64,000 nucleotides of DNA from SAR86 cluster bacterium (lineage in GTDB: Bacteria; Pseudomonadota; Gammaproteobacteria; Magnimaribacterales; D2472). Shown here one piece after another: positions 59,194 through 64,000 of the stretch (the first letter of the stretch is position 1; each line of letters opens with the position of its first letter). The position numbers and the translations under genes are program-made. The stretch covers positions 276,813 through 340,812 of the forward strand of contig CP097973.1 in assembly GCA_023703655.1 (NCBI GenBank). The letters are read 5' to 3'. Under the pieces are notes generated by a model. That model searched no databases. It saw only the letters and a program-made list of their open reading frames with translations, and was not told where the DNA came from.

Positions 59194-60331
59194 TTTTGTT
59201 GTCATTATCCCAGCTGCTGGGATTGGAGAGAGATTTAACTCAAAACTACCAAAACAATATACAAGCATAGGCGACTCGTCCATTCTGGAAAAAACGGTAT
59301 CTAAGTTTCTTTCGCAAGACTACATAAAGAAAGTTATTATTTCTGTTTCTTCGACTGATAGCTTCTATCAATCTTTAAACTTTATTACAAATCCAAAAGT
59401 GCATATAGTAACTGGTGGTGATTCGAGAATGGAATCGGTATTTAATGCTATGCATGAGGTAGATTCAAATGAATTTCCATTAACAATTATCCATGATGCA
59501 GTTAGACCTTTCTTAAATATTCAATCTCTAGATACTATGATCGATAAATTTGCATTAAATAACAAAGATGGCATCGTGCCATGCATTGATATAAATGATT
59601 CTATTAGAAATAGAGCCTTAGGTTTCTCTCCAGCAAATAGAGAGGATTTTGTTGCAGTCCAGACCCCTCAAATTTTTAAAACAAAACCTCTTAAAGAATC
59701 TATCAATAAGGGCATCAAAGATAAAAATTTTTTTTCAGATGAATCACAGGCTTTGACTCATTATGGCTTTGATGTTGACTTTGTAGCTGGAGATAGAGAA
59801 AACTTTAAGATCTCTTTTCCCGAGGATATTAACCTTATTTCTCCTTTTGATGCATTTGTTGGAAGAGGCATTGATTTCCATAGATATGAATATTGTGCTG
59901 GATCACAAATTACTCTTGCGGGAGTTAAAATTAAATCAGATCACAAAATTATTGCACATTCTGATGGAGATATAATTTTCCATGCGCTCGCTGATTCTTT
60001 ATTAGGTGCAGGTGGCTTTAGAGACATCGGTTTTTACTTTCCTGATAATGATAAATCTAATTTCCAGCTTGATAGCTCAAAGATTGTTTCTAAATCTTTG
60101 GATCTTCTGAAAGAAAGAGGGCTTATGCCAAAAAATATCGATATTACCGTTGTTGCTGGGGTACCTAAACTTACTAAATATATTGATGATATGATTGTTA
60201 AGACTGCAAAATTAACTTCACTGGCCAAAGAAAATATTTCCATTAAAGCTACAACAAGTGAGGGGTTAGGAAGGGTTGGTGATTCAAGCGGAATTGCAGT
60301 TTATTCTCTTGTAAGCCTTACATCACTATGA
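59186..60331 (+). CDS. ispDF: bifunctional IspD/IspF (MEP cytidylyltransferase fused to MEcPP synthase)
   Basis: N-terminal half has IIPAAGIGERF (IspD). C-terminal half has GIDFHRY...AHSDGDIIFHALADSLLGA...DIGFYFPD (IspF) in one uninterrupted frame. Confidence 0.9.
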   Translation: MSNFVVIIPAAGIGERFNSKLPKQYTSIGDSSILEKTVSKFLSQDYIKKVIISVSSTDSFYQSLNFITNPKVHIVTGGDSRMESVFNAMHEVDSNEFPLTIIHDAVRPFLNIQSLDTMIDKFALNNKDGIVPCIDINDSIRNRALGFSPANREDFVAVQTPQIFKTKPLKESINKGIKDKNFFSDESQALTHYGFDVDFVAGDRENFKISFPEDINLISPFDAFVGRGIDFHRYEYCAGSQITLAGVKIKSDHKIIAHSDGDIIFHALADSLLGAGGFRDIGFYFPDNDKSNFQLDSSKIVSKSLDLLKERGLMPKNIDITVVAGVPKLTKYIDDMIVKTAKLTSLAKENISIKATTSEGLGRVGDSSGIAVYSLVSLTSL

Positions 60332-61068
60332 CAATTTTATTAACAAATGATGATGGCTATGATGCTGATGGTATATGCTATCTTAAAAGTGAAATTAAAA
60401 AGATTGAACAAACTGTTACCTTTGCACCAAGGCAAAATTGTAGTGGTTACAGTGCAGCAATATCATTAGGCAAAGATATTGAAATCGAAGAATTAAATAA
60501 AGATACATTTGTTATATCAGGTACTCCAGCAGACTGTTCGTACTTTGGTTTGCATGGATCAAAAAAATTTGATTTTACACAGCTAGTCTCAGGTATAAAT
60601 TTAGGATCTAATTTAGGCACTGATATCTTTTATTCTGGTACTGTTGGAGCAGCAATTGCCGGACTTAAGCTTAGGTATCCGCCAATTGCTTTTTCCGTTG
60701 CATCTTATCAGCCAAAAGATCTAGACTTTATTGCAAAAAAGTGTGCTGAAATTTGTTTATATGTAAGAAATATAAATATTGCAAACAGATACCTTGTAAA
60801 TGTTAATTTTCCTGATATAAACGAAAATAATTATATTGGTAGCAAATTGACAACTCTTGCTGAGAGAGAAAAACCCGAATCACCAATAGAAAATAACTCA
60901 GACGGATGGAAATTTAGATTCAATGCCTCAGGCAAAATGAAACAAGATCAAATGTCTTCAGACATTGATGCAATAAATAATGGATTTGTATCTATTAGCC
61001 TATTTGATTATGACTTAACAAGAAACATAGACTTAAAGAAAATAAATTGGAATATTGATGGAGCATAA
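60328..61068 (+). CDS. surE: 5'/3'-nucleotidase SurE
   Basis: ILLTNDDGYDADGI N-terminus, GINLGSN, YSGTVGAA. Confidence 0.92.
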   Translation: MTILLTNDDGYDADGICYLKSEIKKIEQTVTFAPRQNCSGYSAAISLGKDIEIEELNKDTFVISGTPADCSYFGLHGSKKFDFTQLVSGINLGSNLGTDIFYSGTVGAAIAGLKLRYPPIAFSVASYQPKDLDFIAKKCAEICLYVRNINIANRYLVNVNFPDINENNYIGSKLTTLAEREKPESPIENNSDGWKFRFNASGKMKQDQMSSDIDAINNGFVSISLFDYDLTRNIDLKKINWNIDGA

Positions 61069-61732
61069 ATCTGGTTTTACTTTTCAAAGAATGAAAGACC
61101 AAATGATCGAGGAACTCTTGAATAATGGGATAAAAGATTTTCGTGTTCTAGACGCAATGTCGAAAGTAGAAAGACATAAATTCGTAGACGAGGCATTGTG
61201 GTCTAGAGCATATGAAAATAGATCGTTGTCTATAGGACATCGACAAACAATATCTCAACCATATATTGTAGCTAGAATGACAGAGCTTCTTATTCAAAGA
61301 TTTGTTGGACGTGGATTAGTCATGAAAAATGTATTAGAAATTGGTTCAGGATGTGGCTATCAAAGTGCAGTACTTGCACAGCTATCAGAAAATGTTTTAG
61401 GATTGGAAAGAATCAAGCCTTTAGTAAGAAAAAGCAGAATAAATTTGCTTGAATTGAGAATATCAAATGTCAAGATTAAGCATGCTGATGGTTTTCAAGC
61501 TGCAGATGAATTAGAAGAATGCTTTGATGGGATCTTATGTGCTTCTGCACCAAGAGATATACCGACTGAATTGATACCTCTTCTAAAAAAAGATGCAAAT
61601 TTGGTCATCCCAATTGGATCTTCCGAACAAACGCTTACGGTCATAACAAAAAAAAGTAAAAAAAATTACATAAGTGAACAATATGATAAGGTTGCTTTTG
61701 TTCCAATGTTAGAAGGAAAGTCCAACCATTAA
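61055..61732 (+). CDS. pcm: protein-L-isoaspartate O-methyltransferase
   Basis: TISQPYIVA and SAM motif LEIGSGCGYQSAVLA. Confidence 0.92.
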   Translation: MMEHKSGFTFQRMKDQMIEELLNNGIKDFRVLDAMSKVERHKFVDEALWSRAYENRSLSIGHRQTISQPYIVARMTELLIQRFVGRGLVMKNVLEIGSGCGYQSAVLAQLSENVLGLERIKPLVRKSRINLLELRISNVKIKHADGFQAADELEECFDGILCASAPRDIPTELIPLLKKDANLVIPIGSSEQTLTVITKKSKKNYISEQYDKVAFVPMLEGKSNH

Positions 61733-61743
61733 GTTAAAGTTTT

Positions 61744-62463
61744 ATGATTAAGAGAATTAGATATTTTTTTGCTGGTTTTTTTATGGGCGTTGCTGAATTA
61801 ATCCCAGGAATATCGGGTTCAACAGTTGCATTATTATTTGGTATTTACAAAAATTTGATCCAAATTCTATCTGAATTAAAGTTTAACAGGAAAACATTCA
61901 CACTAGATTATTTGCAAAACAAGCTTCAAATATCACTAATAATCTTTCTTATCATACCAATGTTTGCCTCATTAATTTTATTTGCTGAATTAATAAATTT
62001 CCTTATTGAAAATTACAATTTTTATTTTTACAGATTCTTAAGTCTATTGATGTTAGTTATTGGTATATATGTTTTAAAAATATTTGATAAAGCATTGGTG
62101 TTTTATAAGAAAATACTATTGTTTTTAATTGGCTCAATATTTGGATCTTTGATTGGATTGATTGACATTCAATTCGTTGAAAGCTTTCCATTTATTTTTT
62201 TGGGTGGATTTATTGCATTTTCTTTTTTCTTAATACCAGGAATTTCAGGGAGCGCAATCTTAGTAAGTATTGGTTTATATGAAACAATGATCAATTCAAT
62301 TGCGACAGCTAACCTGCCAATTATAAGTTCTTTTTTGTTAGGTGCTTTGGTCGCATTAATATTGATGCCCAGGTTTATAAAAAAGATTTATTTTAGGCAC
62401 AATCACAAAGTAGATTCGCTTTTTGCAGGCTTGATTGTTTATTCCGGAGTAATATTACTTTGA
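61744..62463 (+). CDS. DUF368-family polytopic membrane protein (PopT-type candidate polyprenyl-phosphate translocase)
   Basis: Duplicated (L)IPG(I)SGS motif (AELIPGISGSTVALL and FLIPGISGSAILV), typical of DUF368. About 7-8 TM segments. Confidence 0.7.
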   Translation: MIKRIRYFFAGFFMGVAELIPGISGSTVALLFGIYKNLIQILSELKFNRKTFTLDYLQNKLQISLIIFLIIPMFASLILFAELINFLIENYNFYFYRFLSLLMLVIGIYVLKIFDKALVFYKKILLFLIGSIFGSLIGLIDIQFVESFPFIFLGGFIAFSFFLIPGISGSAILVSIGLYETMINSIATANLPIISSFLLGALVALILMPRFIKKIYFRHNHKVDSLFAGLIVYSGVILL

Positions 62464-62468
62464 GTTAA

Positions 62469-62792
62469 TTATCTTTCTAGGAGATGTTTTTTTTCTTTGA
62501 TTCCAGCAAATTCTTTTGCTTCAGGTAGTTCAGATATTTTTTCAGTAATATTTGGCCATTCTTCAGCCAATTCTGCATTGATTTCAATAAAATCTATCTG
62601 GTCATCAGGTATTTCATCCTCCGAAAATATTGCATCTACTGGACATTCAGGCTCACACAGCGCGCAATCAATGCATTCGTCAGGATGTATTACAAGAAAA
62701 TTCGGGCCTTCATAGAAACAGTCCACTGGACATACTTCAACACAGTCGGTGTGCTTGCACTTAATGCAGGCTTCGGTAACAACAAAGGCCAT
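62469..62792 (-). CDS. fdxA: 7Fe ferredoxin FdxA ([3Fe-4S][4Fe-4S])
   Basis: [43 protein letters not shown], 107 aa, Azotobacter/Pseudomonas FdI type. Confidence 0.93.
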   Translation of the reverse strand: MAFVVTEACIKCKHTDCVEVCPVDCFYEGPNFLVIHPDECIDCALCEPECPVDAIFSEDEIPDDQIDFIEINAELAEEWPNITEKISELPEAKEFAGIKEKKHLLER

Positions 62793-62868
62793 AAAAGAAT
62801 TTTAACAATGGTGACGGCTCAAGTCAGTAAATATAATATTATAGGTTTACTTTTTTATTTTTATAGTA

Positions 62869-62888
62869 TACTGTATATTTATACAGTA
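62869..62888 (+). promoter_or_regulatory. LexA (SOS) box upstream of recA
   Basis: TACTGTATATTTATACAGTA is a perfect CTGT-N8-ACAG palindrome. Its flanks are identical to the E. coli recA operator TACTGTATGAGCATACAGTA. It ends 10 nt before the recA ATG, overlaps a TATACT -10-like hexamer, and is followed by the SD AAGGAG. Confidence 0.85.
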
Positions 62889-62898
62889 AGGAGTAATA

Positions 62899-63900
62899 AT
62901 GTCTGATAAAACAAATAATTTAAAAGAAACACTATCTGAAATCGAAAAGCATTTTGGCAAAGGAACAGTAATGCGAATGGGTGATAGGGAAAATATTGAT
63001 ATTCCATCTGTATCAACTGGTTCACTTGGATTGGACATTGCACTCGGAATTGGTGGCTTACCAAAAGGAAGGGTTATTGAAATTTTTGGTCCTGAATCAT
63101 CCGGTAAAACAACATTAACATTACAAGTTATAGCAGAATGTCAAAAAGCAGGAGGAACTGCTGCTTTTATAGATGCCGAACATGCTCTTGATCCATCGTA
63201 TGCAAAGAAATTGGGAGTGAATGTTGATGAGCTATTGTTATCACAACCTGATACTGGCGAACAAGCACTTGAGGTTACTGACATGTTAGTAAAATCAAAA
63301 GGTATCGATTTGATTGTTGTTGATTCTGTTGCTGCTTTAACCCCAAGAGCTGAAATTGAGGGCGAAATGGGTGATCATCATGTTGGACTTCAGGCAAGGT
63401 TAATGTCCCAGGCCCTAAGAAAAATTACTGGCAATATCCAAAGATCAAATGCAATGGTTATATTCATCAACCAAATCAGAATGAAAATTGGTGTTATGTT
63501 TGGTAATCCTGAGACAACAACAGGGGGTAACGCCCTCAAATTCTATTCATCTGTAAGACTTGATATTAGAAGAATTGGTGCAGTTAAAGAGGGTGATGAA
63601 GTTATAGGTAATGAGACAAGAGTAAAAGTAGTTAAAAATAAAGTATCACCTCCATTTAAACAGGCTGAATTTCAGATTATGTATGGAAAAGGTATAAATG
63701 TAGATGGAGAAATCCTTGAATTTGGTCAAAAACTAGGACTAATAGAAAAATCTGGTGCTTGGTACAGTTATAACGGTGAAAAGATTGGTCAAGGCAAGAT
63801 AAATGCTAGCAACTTTTTAAATGAAAATACAAAAATTAAGAATGCACTCCTAAAAGAGATTAGAAAGTCATACTTAGATAAGAAGAAATCAAATAAATAG
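62899..63900 (+). CDS. recA: recombinase RecA
   Basis: Walker [11 protein letters not shown]1/L2 loop regions, full-length high identity to RecA. Confidence 0.97.
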   Translation: MSDKTNNLKETLSEIEKHFGKGTVMRMGDRENIDIPSVSTGSLGLDIALGIGGLPKGRVIEIFGPESSGKTTLTLQVIAECQKAGGTAAFIDAEHALDPSYAKKLGVNVDELLLSQPDTGEQALEVTDMLVKSKGIDLIVVDSVAALTPRAEIEGEMGDHHVGLQARLMSQALRKITGNIQRSNAMVIFINQIRMKIGVMFGNPETTTGGNALKFYSSVRLDIRRIGAVKEGDEVIGNETRVKVVKNKVSPPFKQAEFQIMYGKGINVDGEILEFGQKLGLIEKSGAWYSYNGEKIGQGKINASNFLNENTKIKNALLKEIRKSYLDKKKSNK

Positions 63901-64000
63901 CTTTTACCTTAACGTGATTATTTATTTCAAATTAATCTAAAAATTGTTTAATATATCTTTACAAATTTTAAAGATTGATAATGAATAATGCATACATAGT

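Noticed and set aside
62685-63064. Three small ORFs (62685-62906 +, 62847-63038 -, 62879-63064 -) in the fdxA-recA spacer
   Set aside because: They overlap fdxA, the recA operator/promoter or the recA 5' coding region. The spacer is better explained by the SOS box, promoter and SD.
63901-64000. A possible next gene (ATG near 63981) and the absence of recX after recA
   Set aside because: The window ends too soon to judge either point.

Overview
This is a strongly AT-rich, very compact chromosomal core region with about 70 genes. By my tally of the gaps between calls, only about 1.1 kb of the 64 kb lies outside a CDS or RNA gene. It looks like a genome-streamlined gammaproteobacterium; that taxon call is inference from protein similarity and gene order. 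From memory, the window is a chain of blocks collinear with Pseudomonas/E. coli-type chromosomes: (1) ychF-pth-rplY-prs-tRNAGln-ispE-lolB, divergent from hemA-prfA-prmC-moeB; (2) gatBAC, divergent from mreBCD-yhdP; (3) mgtE-rpoN-lptB-lptA-kdsD, divergent from mlaC-ibaG-murA; (4) degS, divergent from zapE-rplM-rpsI-petABC-sspA; (5) rsmI-rnpB-mraZ and the dcw cluster; (6) rpsF-rpsR-rplI-dnaB-alr; (7) pyrG-kdsA-eno-ftsB-ispDF-surE-pcm, then fdxA divergent from recA. I see no CRISPR array, integrase, transposase, recognisable defence or toxin-antitoxin module, or large unexplained gap. I therefore cannot point to a self-contained novel multi-gene system in this window. The observations worth a second look are: (a) ftsZ sits between mraZ and rsmH, directly behind a four-repeat MraZ operator, instead of after ftsA; (b) a signal-less GH84 O-GlcNAcase-like enzyme with an intact catalytic motif is start/stop-overlapped with a MoeB/ThiF-type E1-like gene; (c) two tandem paralogous small 2-TM proteins abut the 3' end of tRNA-Met at the left window edge, which may be an island boundary; (d) divergent gene pairs have overlapping start codons and convergent pairs have overlapping stops, leaving no room for conventional promoters or terminators; (e) partner genes are missing from otherwise conserved strings (lptC/kdsC, mlaFEDB, maf/rng, hpf-ptsN-rapZ-npr, sspB, truD, nlpD-rpoS, mutS, lpxC); (f) an AurF-like di-iron protein, an ispDF fusion and a short YhdP-like protein coupled to mreD.
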